Below, piece by piece: positions 1-14,279 of a DNA stretch of 64,000 nucleotides; position 1 is the first letter of the stretch, and each line of letters opens with the position of its first letter. The translations under genes were made by a program, and so were the position numbers. The notes below the pieces were generated by a model. It ran no database searches. It was not told where the DNA came from and worked only from the letters and a program-made list of their open reading frames with translations. Source of the DNA: Phoronis australis (Eukaryota > Animalia > Phoronida); the NCBI GenBank assembly GCA_002633005.1, contig NMRA01000362.1, forward strand, positions 1-64,000. Reading direction: 5' to 3'.

Positions 1-133
1 GGTGTGGGGACAAAGGGGTAGAAGGGGATTTAGAACAATCCTTTCAGAGGTGCAGCCTTTGGCTCATAGCAGCGCCTTGCGTTGCTCCTGTTTTTGTATG
101 ACGTTGACAAAAATCAGCGGTGTGAAGTAGACT

Positions 134-929
134 ATGGATTTATTTTTACTCCTTTTGATCACTGATCTTTATAACTTTACATTGACCACCTACTTTAGTG
201 ACACCCAAACTTGTGTAATACACACATGCTCTACAGATGTATAATCAACTTTCAGGTGGAAAACTTGAGTGTCCCATCCATAGTTCGATGTCAACCACAG
301 CCAAACTTTACGGTGTAACAGTTCCCCTGTGATAAATGCTGTACCGATGTGTTTGTCTATGTGTTGCAAGTCAGAGCTTTTAAGACAACCAGATGACAAA
401 ACGCTTAACGTCAGCCACACCTTTCCGTTGTCTGTTTGCAAAATCGTCAATCAAAACTGAACAAACTCAGTCCAGATGCCTTGGTCAACTGTTTACATAC
501 ATGATTTGGAATGCTTGTGCACCCCTACCCACAATGCTTCGCAAATATAAAGATGTCGTTATCGCCTTACCCTTTCAGAACTTTACCACCGCAACCACCC
601 CTTTGGAAATTAGAGATCTGCTAATGGTTTACATCTGATCTAAATTGGAATGTCCAGATGAACGAATATCATTCCTAGTCCTATAAAGTATTTCCATATT
701 GTGCGAGTGATGCCTTATACTCACAGTTGGAATCTCCTGGTCCATTCTCACCTGAACCTGCTACGTTTCATCGAATCTACATTTCAGTCCTTTACCTCAG
801 CAATCTCATCACTAAAATGAAGTCATGGTGATGGTTGTGAGAACTCGCTGAAACGTACATTTACCTTCAAGAGCTTTTGAGCGGAGGTTGTAGACAACAC
901 TGCTATATAAATAAAAATAGCCATTATAA
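134..929 (+). pseudogene. 5' part of an LRR/Toll-like receptor pseudogene (copy 1, probably an allelic or assembly duplicate of 1845-2645)
   Basis: ATG at 134 gives signal-peptide-like MDLFLLLLITDLYNFTLT. Frameshifted LRR-like fragments follow (KLNKLSPDAL, PFRTLPPQPPLWKLEI, HLNLLRFIESTFQSF, YLQELLSG) with many stops. Confidence 0.5.
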
Positions 930-930
930 N

Positions 931-1719
931 CCACACCCCTCGACCCACGACCCCCTCGACCCACAACCTCCTCGACCCACGACCCCCACGACCTGTGGCA
1001 ACAGAGATATTTTTGCTCTTTTTACATATTTCATAATCTTATTACGTCGCTGAGTGACTTTGCCATAAGACATACCTCCACGCCAGTTTGCTCTGGCTCA
1101 AATCTGGTGATTAAAAATAGAACTTGGCGTGATGTCGTGATTTGAAATAGTGCATAGAGAGCATGGTATCGTCGTCACCGAAATAGTTCCACGAGCGGCT
1201 ACCAATGCCCCAGTACTAATAAACTTGGGGGGAAAGTCCGTTATCATGAAAGTACATAATTTCACTTTTTTATTACTTGCTTTCCGTTTTTTACTAGTTT
1301 ACAATATTCTCCATATAACATTAAAGTACTTTTAGCTAAAAAGTTTGTTTCAAACTGTATTTACTGATGAAATCAATTTTCTCGGTTCCCGGCACTAAAG
1401 AGCAGGCGAAACCATTACACTCTGCCGGGACGACAATGTAAACGTTGGTAAGTCTTTAATTTGGTTTAGTCGGGTTGTTTTTTTCTGTTTTTGACTTTCA
1501 AGCTTGCCGAATACGCTCTCTTAATTCCGGAAAACAGACAAACGCCAGCCGAACTTACGGCCCAACTTATTGGTCCTGCAAGTCGGCGCTTGTTCTATGT
1601 TCAGATGGGGTCGGGCTTTTATAGACTTGATCGATAGTTTTGTGGGCAATGGGTCTTGGGTCTAGGGAAAAGGTCAAAGAGGTTGTATAGGGTAGGTCGA
1701 GGGAGTCGTGGGGTGTGGG
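931..1719. mobile_element. Putative MITE with short TIRs and subterminal (CCTCGACCCACGAC) repeats
   Basis: The left end ccacacccctcgacccacgac (repeated 3-4x) is an imperfect inverted match to the right end ggtcgagggagtcgtggggtgtggg. The TSD cannot be checked because of the N at 930. Confidence 0.4.
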
Positions 1720-1844
1720 GACAAAGGGGTAGAAGGGGATTTAGAACAATCCTTTCAGAGGTGCAGCCTTTGGCTCATAGCAGCGCTTTGCGTTGCTCCT
1801 GTTTTTGTATGACGTTGACAAAAAGCAGCGGTGTGAAGTAGACT

Positions 1845-4800
1845 ATGGATTTATTTTTACTCCTTTTGATCACTGATCTTTATAACTTTACATTGACCAC
1901 CAACTTTAATACCCAAACTTGTGTAATACCCACATGCTCTACAGATGTATAATCAACTTTCAGGTGGAAAACTTGAGTGTCCCATCCATAGTTCGATGTC
2001 AACCACAACCAAACTTTACGGTGTAACAGTTCCCCTGTGATAAATGCTGTACAGATGTGTTTGTCTATGTGTTGCAAGTCAGAGTTTTTAAGACAACCAG
2101 ATGACAAAACGCTTAACTTCAGCCACACCTTTCCGTTGTCTGTTTGCAAAATCGTCAATCAAAACTGAACAAACTCAGTCCAAATGCCTTGGTCAACTGT
2201 TTACATACATGATTTGGAATGCTTGTGCACCCCTACCCACAATGCTTCGCAAATATAAAGATGTCGTTATCGCCTTACCCTTTCAGAATTTTACCACCGC
2301 AACCACCCCTTTGGAAATTAGAGATCTGCTAATGGTTTACATCTGATCTAAATTGGAATGTCCAGATGAACGAATATCATTCCTAGTCCTATAAAGTATT
2401 TCCATATTGTGCGAGTGATGCCTTATACGCACAGTTGGAATTTCCTGGTCCATTCTCACCTGAATCTGCTACGTTTCATCGAATCTACATTTCAGTCCTT
2501 TACCTCAGCAATCTCATCACTAAAATGAAGTCATGGTGATGGTTGTGAGAACTCGCTGAAACGTACATACGTACATTTACCTTCAAGAGCTTTTGAGCGG
2601 AGGTTGTAGACAACACTGCTATATAAATAAAAATAGCCATTATAAGTTTTCATGCATTGAATAATTGACCAATAATGTAGGTATTTTCAAAGTTACACGT
2701 TTTGGCCCTCGTTAAAATATTGTTTTGGAATGGCGTTTTATTTGTGTACGACTTACAATTTTAGTTGTTCACCACAAGGTTCATTTCGACGACTCGGTAA
2801 GCCGGTGCGCTATCTGATGAGCAACAAAAAGTGCTACCCGTCGGTCTTCGGTACTTTAAATGTATAACTAGCAATAACCATACAATCATGCACGGTTTTT
2901 GGATTTTGTCGTGTTAATATACTTTCCCATTTTTGGAACGACTTAACGTTACAAGAATCTAGACGTCAAGCAGAGTGACAGTGTTATCGTTTTGATGACG
3001 TGATTTCAGCTTTCAATGTAGGTTTACTGAGCACCTGCCTCAAGATTTTCATTGTAATTCAGATTTTTCGTTTTTTTCATTACACACAACATGTAAGGAC
3101 TTCGTTGGTATAATAATCGGAGTAGGACAGTGATGGCAAACAGGACGACCGATATTATGAATGTGGGTGGTTTCAATTAAGGCATGCTGGACACACCGGT
3201 CGCTGTCCACGAATGTTTTTTAACGTACATACACTCTACAAAGACTCAGTTTGCAAATGTAGTATGTTACTTTTCTGGGTGATTTTGCGCCGTAAAAGAA
3301 ATAACGATAGAGTGAAGGGCATTTCCACCAGTTACACAGTTTTACACTTAGACCTGTTGAAAATAGCTAATTTCAGAATACTTTTCAATTAGGGTTTTAG
3401 ATATTCAAGTTGACACTTGTTGTGTTTTTCAGTAAGTCATTCTTTGTTTCTGTTATTTTGTCGTTGTTGCACGGCGATGCAACGAAAATGCGAAAATTTG
3501 ATGGTTTCCAAAGACATATATTAGCCAAACATTCCGAGGAGGCAGTTTCCTATGAAGAATTTGATTTTATTAACAAAACCTTTTTAGGTGTTGACCATTG
3601 CAGCTAAACTAAGCTATAATTCAAAAAATCCAAAGCTGCTTCTGCCTGACTTTTTCGTGCATCAACTCTTTACAAAGAATTTTACACAAGGGGCCACAGC
3701 GTTAGACAAATTCACGTATGCACAAAATTGGGAAGTGGAATCCAATTGGTATAGCTTACTGTACATGTATCCAGATTTTCACAAAAGTGTATGAAGATAC
3801 ATCAGAATTAGATCTGACCAGGCTCCTGACACCAGCGAGTCACATACAGTCTGTATTAGAATCGGATACAACTAGGTCAAAGGTCGTGTAGAGGAACTTG
3901 ACAGCTATTATAGGAAAACCCAAATGAAACGCTATTACAGAGTAACGAAAATAGTGAAATTCAACTAGTTAATTATAGCTAAGCTAAGCTACATGTATAA
4001 GATGATAACACGTGGAAAATTTCGTGATGATCCTTTAGGAGCTTCAACATATGAAGATGACGGCACGACAAAATGGCCACTTCAATCCTATATCACGACG
4101 AAAAGCGACTTACATGTACTTAGATCGCGTCTTCACCTCCACAATTGAAGCCATTCTTCAAATTTCGAAGGCTCAAGCATTCGATGTAAAGTGGAAACTC
4201 GAATTTACCACTGGGATTATGCTCGGGCTTCAAGGTCGAATGATGGCATTAAGTGGAAATTTAGAATACATAGTGATTTGCAGAGTCCATATTCAACTAC
4301 AAAATGACAGATTTTCATCTTAATTTCTTATTAGATGAGAACGAGAAGTGACAAGTATAGCAGCTACGTGTTCAATTTGTGGCGAACCGATTAGACCAGG
4401 GCGCCAAAATTCCAGTATGGGTGGCATTGCTTAAAGCAACGGTTTTTTGTGCTCACGAGCACGGAATTGAGATCCCTGCACAAAATAACTTCGCAGTAGC
4501 TTCAGTACTGATAACGTAGAAGTGAAATGCACTTTTTTATTGTTGAATTACCACCCCACTATTGTTAAAGGTACTTGTTTGAAAACGGTTAATTCTTTTA
4601 ACATTGCCATAGTCCGAATGTAGTTGAAAGATTATTTATTACTTATAGTGAAAGCAAGGTAGACCAGTTGAAAAGCATGACCCCAACCCATTGGGTTTTT
4701 GTCACCTTCAACGCTGCATGCGTTTAAATAGTAGTGTAGAACGTATTATTTCTCCTGAAGTAGAATTCTTTCACAAATTTTGCCAACTGACGACGAAAGG

Positions 4801-6310
4801 GATGAAAGATAACCTGACTTTTCTCAAAGTGACTCAAATAATCTAAGTATAATATCTGAGAATCAAATTTGAAGAAAAGGTTTTTGCTCTGGGTATTATA
4901 CATTGTTCATTTTATTTTTACAACGAGTTCAAATTCTTTCATTAGCAAGAATACATGTACATGTATTTGTAAACTGCCCTGTTTCAATTTGAATAGGCAA
5001 AGTTCCTGAACGTAACGGAACTAACAGATGTGTTTCTCACCGTGACAGATTTAAGCCAGCATTCAAGTGTTTCTCTGTAAAAAGGACTGTCAATATTTTA
5101 AATTCTCTGCTATTACATAGGTTTTTGAAACCACACATTTTAGATTTGGTTCCAGATGGGGACTGATCGCCTTCCTCTGCAACGTTTGTGTTTCCCAGCA
5201 AGAAACATGTAGCGGCCATAGGTATGTCCATTAGCATGCTCCAAGATTTTAATTTGGAAACATGAAACTATATCTATATTAAATGTGAGTCTAGAGGAGG
5301 GGAGGTGGGATATGCGTTACGAAATTACCCTTTTTGGAATTGTTAATAGATTTGTTAATTTTGCACTGCAATTATCTAAACCTGTGCTACATGTACAACA
5401 CAGCTTATGGTTGGTACCTGTCCGTGTATAGCTGGGGTGCGTTCAGCAACGTTAGTACATGTACCTACGCTAGGACCTAGTTAAACTCTAATCAAAGTCA
5501 CGTGTTATCATTCAAAATGCACAGCAGTATCTCACGTAATCCCGCGAAGTCTTGGTTTTAGCCTGGTCCAAGCGTTTCTGAACGGAGGCTGGTTTATCGA
5601 GCTTGATCCTTCACAGAGTCGTGTAGTGTCACCTAGTGTTTCATTACATGTATGTAATTGCTAGTCACCGTATACTAGTATGACGTGTAAAACAATCATA
5701 AAAAAGCTACTCGAGCGCGATAATTTTCCAAAAGCCAGGAGGACTCTAGATAAGGAGGTAACGACTGAGAATATGTAATAATCTTTTGATAAAACATACT
5801 GAACGAGAAACATTGCAATGAATCGATATACCTTTCTGGACTCGCCTCGGCTTTATAACTACTTTCTATGTCAGAGGCCCGGGGTCGGAGGTCCTTACCA
5901 TTTAAGAAAAGCTGACTTATTTTTGTCAAAAAAGTGTTTTTACTCAAAACCAATTGAAAGTTTAAACAAAACAAAATAGAATGAATCTATAAATTAACTT
6001 TTACCACCTAGCCTAGCTTACTACACATTTTATCATGCTAAGCTTCGACCGTGATAATATCGTCTGCTAAAGTAGGTTACCACTGGTTACTGAATATAAT
6101 GCCCAAGTTAAAGGATCCGGGCGATACGATACCCGCATTCAAATTGGAGATCGATGATTTACAAGTGAGAGAATTGAGAGATAGTTTTCACCGAATCAAA
6201 ATACTGTTTTTACTGAAACCGTGCGTCTTATTTTTCATAGTGTATAAATGTCGGTACAGTGCTGTTTGTTGAACATGTGATTATTGCGCGTGGGTTCACG
6301 TTCATTGACT
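1845..6310 (+). pseudogene. Toll-like receptor pseudogene (signal peptide, LRRs, TIR relic) interrupted by repeats
   Basis: Signal-like start at 1845 and LRR-like fragments at 1900-2610 and ~4750-5200. At ~6045-6270, VIISSAKVGYHWLLNIMPKLKDPG resembles TIR box 1, then shifted-frame DTRIQIGDR*F resembles box 2 (LCxHDRDF), followed by KILFLL. Confidence 0.55.
5437..5586 (+). mobile_element. MITE family A copy 1 (PIF/Harbinger-like)
   Basis: TIRs gcgttcagcaacg...cgtttctgaacgg. The internal tcacgtaatcccgcgaagtcttg is shared with the copies at 32738 and 41685. Confidence 0.75.
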
Positions 6311-6317
6311 TCAGCTG

Positions 6318-6392
6318 CCAAGATGTGCAGTGGTAAACTCGACAACTCGAAACTCGACTCGGGACGCGGGTTCGAAACCGGCCTCTGTTTCC
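6318..6392 (+). mobile_element. tRNA-derived SINE head (degenerate)
   Basis: A-box-like gtgcagtggt and B-box ggttcgaaacc at Pol III type-2 spacing; no complete cloverleaf is seen. Confidence 0.5.
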
Positions 6393-6699
6393 CGCCAAAA
6401 TATTATTCAACGCCGTTGAATAACTAAATGGGTTATGTAACGGTTGTTTTGGCCTTCCCAGGTTGATATTGTGGTATAAGACATGTTTTGAGGGATTTGT
6501 CCAATTAAAAAATCAAACATGAAACAGATGGCCAGTTTGAAGGGAGCTTCAAGAAAATGAAAGGAAATACACATTAACATTAATTAAAACAAACATTTTA
6601 ATTCTCATTCGAATGAAAGTGGATGTTAGTTTACGTATATTACACATTTTAATCACCCAGTAATTTTTTTGCACGTCGAACGTCACTATTGTACGAATT

Positions 6700-7340
6700 C
6701 ATCACTGTTTACATGGTTCGGTCAGCGCTGCTAAAGTAGTTTTTCGGCCGATAACCATTGCAGCGAATGGCAGTATCGCGGAGTGAACTCTCCTAGTTTT
6801 CGTACACTCCTTGGTCGAATCAAATCTACTCATGTCACGCATAACCCTTTGACATTGACATGGTTAACCTTTCTTGGTATTTTTGCAAAATGTCTAGTCT
6901 GAACAAAGGCGTCCTCAGCTTGCGGTAATCCCCTACAAGGTATGACTCTCTGGATTTCAAATTCCACGGGTGCTTCACTTAAACCGTCCATAGCAAACAC
7001 GAAATTCAATAAATTTAGACAAAACAGATGTTCAACAAACCATTCACGGTGCCCTGCTCTAGCGATTTCGCAGGAAATTCGCGATCAAAGCACAAAAAAG
7101 TTCCCAAAACGCCTGTCCAGAGCAACTCCAGTGTCCCAAGCGAAGGTCAACGAGGAAGGTACAGAATTATCCGATTACTTACGGATGGTAATAAAATGGT
7201 CTGGCTAAGTGTTGAGTCACGGTATCTGATGAAGTTTTCGATGTTGTGATATCCCATGACAAATCGCAATTGCCGTTCATCCGTAACTCATCGGATAATT
7301 CCGCATAAACAGCACACTACCAGAAACCATGGAGAAAATT
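6700..7340 (-). pseudogene. TLR C-terminal relic (LRR-CT, transmembrane segment, TIR)
   Basis: Minus-strand fragments in shifting frames: VLFMRNYPMSY (LRR-CT NYPxxYxC-like), TLSQTILLPSV..FCTFLV (TM), TLELLW, HREWFVEHL and IEFRVCYGRF (TIR box 1/2-like). Confidence 0.5.
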
Positions 7341-7344
7341 CCTA

Positions 7345-8130
7345 ACAATAACTGTTCAAGCGAAGCCAATATAATCCAAAAAATAATTTTAGCAAGCAAA
7401 ACGCTTACAATAAATTGTAATAACAAATAACATGATCATCAAACAAGTAATAATTGAACATCATACCCACGAAAGATAACAGCATATAAGAGCAAAATCT
7501 TGTTCACGAAAAACCAAATGTTATGTTATTAAACCAATACCTTTTTTCCTCAGCACTATAAAATAATAGGGTTTTAACAAAGGCGTGCTTTGTAATTTGC
7601 CTCTGCGACCTTTGCGGTACTCTAATACTGCAAATCAGACGGAATGTCCAAATGAATAACAAGCAAAATAAATACATTAAATCCCAATAACAATGAACAG
7701 TTCATCAAATAAGTACTAAATGAACAAACGATATGATGTATGAAAAAAACACAATACCGTTCAAGAAAAATAAAAGTTAGGTTCTCAAAACAAAAATTAG
7801 AGTGCTGAGCACTAGTCCATATGCTGTTTCCACATATAAGTACTCTCGACCTTCGCGACCGTTGCAGACTGAATATCAGTTGGAATGCTCAAATAAATAT
7901 CAAACAAAACAGTAAACTCTAACTACAAAGAATTAACACAATCATCAATCAAGTAACCATTGAACATCATCAAGCATGTTCAATGAAAAACACGTGTTAG
8001 GTTATTACGTCATTACGCAACTCGAACATTTTCTGTGAATTATACACTTTTAAGAGTACATGGTCTTCTTCCTTTGCGCCGGTTGCGGAACATTAAATCG
8101 GTTGGAATGTTCAAAATAAAAATTGACAAA
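7345..8130. repeat. Degenerate A-rich tandem repeat, ~220-240 bp unit, 3-4 copies
   Basis: ggaatg(t/c)(c/t)caaa..aat..caa recurs at ~7641, ~7882 and ~8104; gttcaxgaaaaa...gttatgtt/gttaggtt recurs at ~7502, ~7759 and ~7978. Confidence 0.6.
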
Positions 8131-8149
8131 GAGCCCGACTTTGATGAGT

Positions 8150-11100
8150 TAAAAGCTTTAAAAGACGGTGGAGACCATCGCGATCACAACAAACGCTGCC
8201 TCGAGTATGATTTTGTTTGGAATATCGTCGCATCCAGCCGAAACTGAAAGAAGAGGTCAACGACATGTAATGTACACATGTATTTACAAGATTTTAAATG
8301 GAATAGCAGGAATCAGAAGCACGTACGAAGCATTTTGTCAGGTAAACCCCCACTGTACTCAAGATTTTGAAAAGCGACCTCAATCTTGCCAGCCCCCCCC
8401 CCCCGATACGATGTACATTTAAGAACAGGGTGGGTTGGGTTTTGGCCACAGTAAGATTAAAAACTGAACGGTCGCCGCACACGCATGCAGAGCTAAGTCA
8501 CCTTGCAACTATGGTGATGACCAGCTACTGACTATCTTCCTTGTATCTCTCCGAGACATCACTTTATGGATGTTAACTGAGCTGCATGTTGGCACTTGCT
8601 ATCCTTTGTGCTGTAAATATGATCTTGGTGATGTCTAATGAGCAGAGGAAACGTTGATTGAACATGAACTTTTTTATTTGTGCGGCGGTCGTCCCTTTTT
8701 TGAAAAACCCACTTCTTTTTGAGGTAGATATTGGGACGGTGTTCATTTGAATCACATGCTGTGAATGCCAGTAAACTGAAATGAACACAGAATGATCATA
8801 GATAAAAATATTTTTAAGAAAGGCCAGAGGCTGAGCAAGGTTAGAAGTGACTGAGAGATAAAGGACTGGAAACGAAGATACAACATCTTGCAAAGACAAA
8901 TCAAGTTTGATATAGGCCCTGAACCAGGATAAAAGGAACGAAAGGTTTTGACAGGTTGCATGTCAGGCTGTCCGCTCAGCAACTGACCTATACTTTGGTT
9001 AAATGCATCAGCGTAGAATATGTACTTAGTGCTACCGTGGGGCTCTCCATGTTTTAATACAATGTCCTGTTTACCTCGACCTTAGATCAGATACATTGAA
9101 CGCAGTAGTGGATATAGCATACCGTAAAGGGGAAAGGGCTGCCCAAAATCTGCCAAAGAGATGCCAACAATATTTGTGATGAAGAAGTCAAAATTTGATA
9201 GCCTCGATGGCAACTGTCCGGATCTGGTTATTAGAAGTATAACCATTTGGTACTCGCCATTACATGTATGAATGTTCATAATTGCGTGGCTTCTAACGCG
9301 TCAAGAAAAAGGCACTCTATTGTATTGGGGCAAACGTTTGAAAAGAGATAAAAAGAAAATTGATCTATCTATCTGTCTTCTCTTGTTCTCTATAAATGAG
9401 GAAGTTGTAAAATGATTGGAGGAGAAGTTACTTTTGGTAGACTGTGTTTGATGCAGCTGTTCCCATAACTATCACAGCTTTAGACATATCAAGTTAATTT
9501 AACTTTGGACGCGACAGAAGAATCTATAACGTACATGTACATATATAGACAACTTTCTATTCTGAGTAATCTGAAGTACATGTAAATGGAAATGAATGTG
9601 AAATGTAACGATTTCATGATCTACATATGCATTTCAAAACTACATTTTGGGAATGTGCTAAGATTGGGCAAATTGGAAGTAAACATTATGTCATGTGACT
9701 GCGGAGAGTCACTTCCCTCAAAACCTCATGCAAAGTTGTACCAATAAACCCTGAATTATTATACTCCGAAGGTTGCATAAACTTTTTGATTTCCCAATGA
9801 CAATTCCATGGCATAAACTGTCAACAAAAACTGAATGTCTTCCTTATTGGAAATTACTCTTCGATTCTGTCACATCTGTGTATCAAAACACTTTTTTGAG
9901 TTAGTAATCTCCATTAGATCACCAATTTTGTCGACTACAGTCAACCATTATTTATAGTAATCAAGGATGTTATCACATTTTAAAGTAAACTAAGTTTTGA
10001 TGTGATAGGCACAATATATAAACTTTTCTTTATTTTCACGAGGTGCATCTCACGTAGGTCAAAAACTCAACCTGTCAAAATTACACGAGTACAGTTGCGG
10101 CGTGAAGCATGTTTACAACAATATTATCATTTCATAGAGACTTTTTCATAGTTCTGTGTCATGTTACTCTAAATTTTCTTATTTCATAGCGGGCATGAGA
10201 GGCCTGGCATAGAAATATAATAAAATCTGGAAAAACAGCACACTGATATCCTGAAATGAAGTCAGTGATTCTTCAAAAGAATTAGTCACCGGATATTTTT
10301 TTAAATAAATGTTGATGCTAAAGTCATAGCATCAATTTTTATTGGGGTCTGTTGCTAAGTTCATAATGGCGAACAGAGATTGTTATTAAAAGTTTTAATT
10401 CAATTAGCCGAGTATCTGGCTTGCGTAAGGTAATATGTAAGAAAAAAAGAAGGGATACTTATAAAAAATGAACACCAAAATGAAAATTGTCTATTGATTA
10501 ATACACTAATATTCTTCGATTTGACAAGTCCAGCAGTTTAGGAGAACACTTTGTGAACTAAATGCGTGATGTGATCTGTTTATTAATGGACTATACCTGT
10601 TGAGTGAACAAAGTTGAATTAGAGAAAAATACCGACATACCTCCAGCCTTTCCAGTTGCTGTAACGGTTTCTGAAAATCATAATTGAAAGTAGTTTTACA
10701 GTAAGTATTTTAAAGGATAACCCAAATGACGTAAATTTACTGTGAGTGAATGGAAATGAAACATGAAAACTTAATCTAGCCAGCCCAGTGTTGATAGACT
10801 TATTGTGAGGGCACTGCTGACATCTTTCTTGTGTTCAGAACGTATATGACACAATATTTAAGTGAACATGCCACGGTCAACCTCGCGACAATCGTCACTG
10901 TTTAACTGACCACAGCAAAGAGTTTTCTGAGATCAAAGTTCTTAATCCTGGCAATCATTGCATGAAATTTAATCAGAGAGACTATTCCTTTACAGGCCCT
11001 TGGTACTTCAGGTTTAAAAATAACAAGAAAATATATCAACACATTCCCGGTAAACCAAAATCAAGTAGAGAGGGGTATTTAAAATGGAATAACGAAAAGG

Positions 11101-11960
11101 CTGAGAAGTGCCGCTTGGCTTACATGAACACAAATTAACTGTTTAGTCATTTTGTTATATTTAAATGTACCAAGTTAAAACTACTCTCCACAATTACAGG
11201 TTGTAACTCTGTGAAAATGCCAGAAAAAAACAATTTGGGTGTTATAAGAACTATAATTATCGAGACATTAGTGCTAGCTATTACCTGTGCACTTCATCAG
11301 CTCAGATTCACATGAATACAAATGGCGAGCTGAATAGGCATGAAAATTGGCTGGAGCAAAGGGAATCTAAGCAGTGAACAGTGTAAGCGAGAAATTCTCC
11401 ACGCGAGTGCATCATGAGTGTTAATGTAATGTAATGTAATTTGATTGGTGAATGGTTGAAAATCAATAGGTGTGAAATATGTCTATAGCAGAACAAATGT
11501 ACTACCTGATTGAAAACGTCTGCAATTTAACAGGAAAGTGCAATTAATGGTCCAAAAATTGCTCCCAATGACCTTCAACACTGTTACTGAAAGTTGTTAA
11601 TGAATAAAAATGCACAGAAGAATTCGAAAGAAACCATTTTCAAGACCCTTGACTAGAAAATTCGCTTCAGTTATCCGATCGAAATTCCATGTACGTTCTT
11701 GGAGTACATATACAACACCAAGCTGTTTAAGGAATTTGAAGAGCCAATCTCTAAAATGCCAGGAGAAAGAATTGAAAGAAATGTACTGTACCGGTTGACC
11801 CTCTGGGATCTTATACACGTAGTTCACTTTAGGTCTCATTCGTATTTTCAATAGGATTTGATTGGCAGGTTGTGGAAGCAATACGAATATGAACGCTCTC
11901 CCTAACAACTCCTATGAACTAGCTTACGGAAAGTCTGAAATTCAGCAGAAAACTGCACTT
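8150..11960 (-). pseudogene. LRR/TLR ectodomain pseudogene, tandem unit 1
   Basis: Minus-strand LRR-like fragments VNLRHL.LSFKILT, FQKPLQQLERLEVCR and YIKLDLSLQDV; LRR-CT-like ACVC.ATVQFL at ~8480. Numerous stops and frameshifts; homologous to units 2 and 3. Confidence 0.65.
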
Positions 11961-14279
11961 AATGTCGCCGAAGTTGGAAATAATGACGCCAAAGTTTCTT
12001 TTAAGAATGGAAAACATATGCATGATTATGAGTGTAGCTCAAAAATTATTTTCCACCTAATGCCTTTGATCCGGGAACTCCGTGCACATGTCCAGATTGG
12101 AATTCCAAGTAAATTTCTGCTGCATTTCTGTAGTGCCTATATGTTAAAAAATTAGAAGAGTTGATCGAAAACATGTGGAATAATTTGGACGAAATGAACC
12201 CATTGACCTCTTTCGGATCATTCTACAGCATTTTGGAGCAAAACATTAAAATCAGTGAAAATCGTATGATTATATCGACTGCATTGGATACGATTAGGGT
12301 AAGCGAGTCGAAGTAAGGGTGATAAAATCTGAATAGGAAGAAAGCACACTGAGAATTAGAATAAGATTAAATTGGTAGAAGAGTGATAATTAAAATGACC
12401 AATAGTTGATGTACAATGTGTCGAAGCTATCACAAAAACGAAAGGTGCAATTATTTTCATAACAAAATTTGTTTGCAAATTTCCTGAAAAATCATAATGA
12501 AACTCTAAAGTTATAGAGGTAAACATAAAAAATAGAAATGCCAATAGGGAGCGCAGATGCAAGAAAAAAACACTGACACTGTTTTGTATTCAGTGGGGCA
12601 AACATTTGAAAAGAGATAAGAACAAAATTGATCTATCTGTCTTCTTTTGATCTTCATAGGTGAGGACGTTGTGAAATGATTGGAGAAGTTACTTTTAGTA
12701 CACTGTGTTTGATGCATCTATTCCCATATCTATCAGAGCTTTGGACATACATTTTTGTGGAAGCTTTGGGGGAATCCATTGTGTGCATTTCATTGCCAAG
12801 TTTCTACTCTGAGATATCCGAAGTAAATGGAAATGATTGTGAAAGGTCACGATTTCGTTTTTTTAACTCTCCAATGATGTACATATGCGTTTCAAAAATA
12901 GATATTGGGAACGTGCTAAGATTGAACAAAATGGAAGTTAGTGAAAATGATCTCCTGTGACTGCAGAGAGCTACTTCTGTCCAAACATTATGCATAGGTG
13001 TACTTGTATAACCTGAATTATCTATACTCCGAAGGCTTATCCCTACTTGCATAATCTTTTTTGATTTCCCTTTAATAATTCCATTGCATAAGCTGTAGAC
13101 ACAAAGCCAAAAGTCTTCCCAAATGGAAATTACTCTTCGAATCTGTCTCATCTGTGCATCAAGACAATTTTCTGAGGAAGTTAGTTATCTTGAATAGGTC
13201 ACCAATAATTTCGACCAATGCCAATCATTATTTAGAGTAATCAGTGTTGGTATTCAGACAATTAAAGTGAACCAGGTTTTGATGTAATAAGCAGAATATC
13301 TAAACATTTCTTTATTTTCATGAGGTGCACCTGATGCAGGTCAAAAGTTCAACCTGTCAAAATTACAAGAGTACAGTAATGTTGCGGCGTGCTGTCACGA
13401 GTGAAGCATTTTTACAACAATTTAAACATTTCATAGCGACGTTATCGTAGTTATGTGTCTTGTTACGCTGCATCTTCTTATATCATATTGTACATGAGAT
13501 GATTGACCAAGAAATATGTTTAAATTTGTACACAGCAAACTGATATCCCGAAATGAAGTCAATGCCACTTCAAAAGATTTAGTCACCGGACAAATCTTTA
13601 AAAATAAATGTTGGTGCTGAAGTCATAGCACCGACTACTGTTTGGGCGGGGGACTGTAGTTACTCTCATAATTGCGAAAAAAGAACAGTTATTAAAAGCT
13701 TCAAGTAGCCGCGTATCTGCGTTGCTTAAAGTACTATGTAAGGAAAAAGAAGAGAAAAATATAAAACAACAAAATAGGAATGTCACAAAATTTGAAAATG
13801 TAAACTGACAAAAGTTTCTGTTTATTTATAATCTTCGAATTGATCAGTCCCGCAGTTTAGGAGGACACGTTTGAACTAAATGCGACAAACAATGTTTTAT
13901 CTGCTTACTATTAGCGGCTACCTGTTCATTTAACAAAGTTGAATTAGAGAAAAATACAGACATACCTCCAGTTTTTCCTGTTGGTGTAACGGTTTCTGCA
14001 AATCACAATTGAAAGAAGTTTTACAGTAAGTATTCTACATGGTAGCCCGTGGCGTAAATTTACTGTGAGTAAATGGAAATGAAACATGAAAACTTAATCT
14101 AGTGAACCCATTGTTGACAGAATGAGTACAGAGGGTATTGCTGACATCTTTCTTGTGTTCAGAACGTACATGACAGCATTCAAGTGGTCATGCCACAGTA
14201 AAACTTACGACAATCGTTACTGTTCAACTGACCACACTAAAGAGTTTTTTTGGGATCAAGGTTCTTCATCTTGACAATC

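Larger units (their letters stand above)
1..2645. repeat. Near-identical direct duplication (1-929 vs ~1711-2645) either side of a single N at 930
   Basis: The two blocks align base for base with scattered SNPs and small indels, e.g. acgtacatttac vs acgtacatacgtacatttac. The ORFs at 393-638 and 2101-2346 differ by one residue. Confidence 0.95.

Noticed and set aside
931-995. Short direct repeats that might suggest a CRISPR array
   Set aside because: These are ~16-bp tandem units without unique spacers in eukaryotic DNA, with no cas genes.
6318-6392. Possible tRNA gene
   Set aside because: A and B boxes are present but no acceptor stem or anticodon arm can be formed; better explained as a SINE head.
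11597-11908. ORF with vague TIR box 1 resemblance (QYISFNSFSWHFRDWLF)
   Set aside because: No RDFxPG-like box 2 is seen and the paralogous segment at 15.7-15.9 kb has stops in this frame, so it cannot be assigned as TIR.
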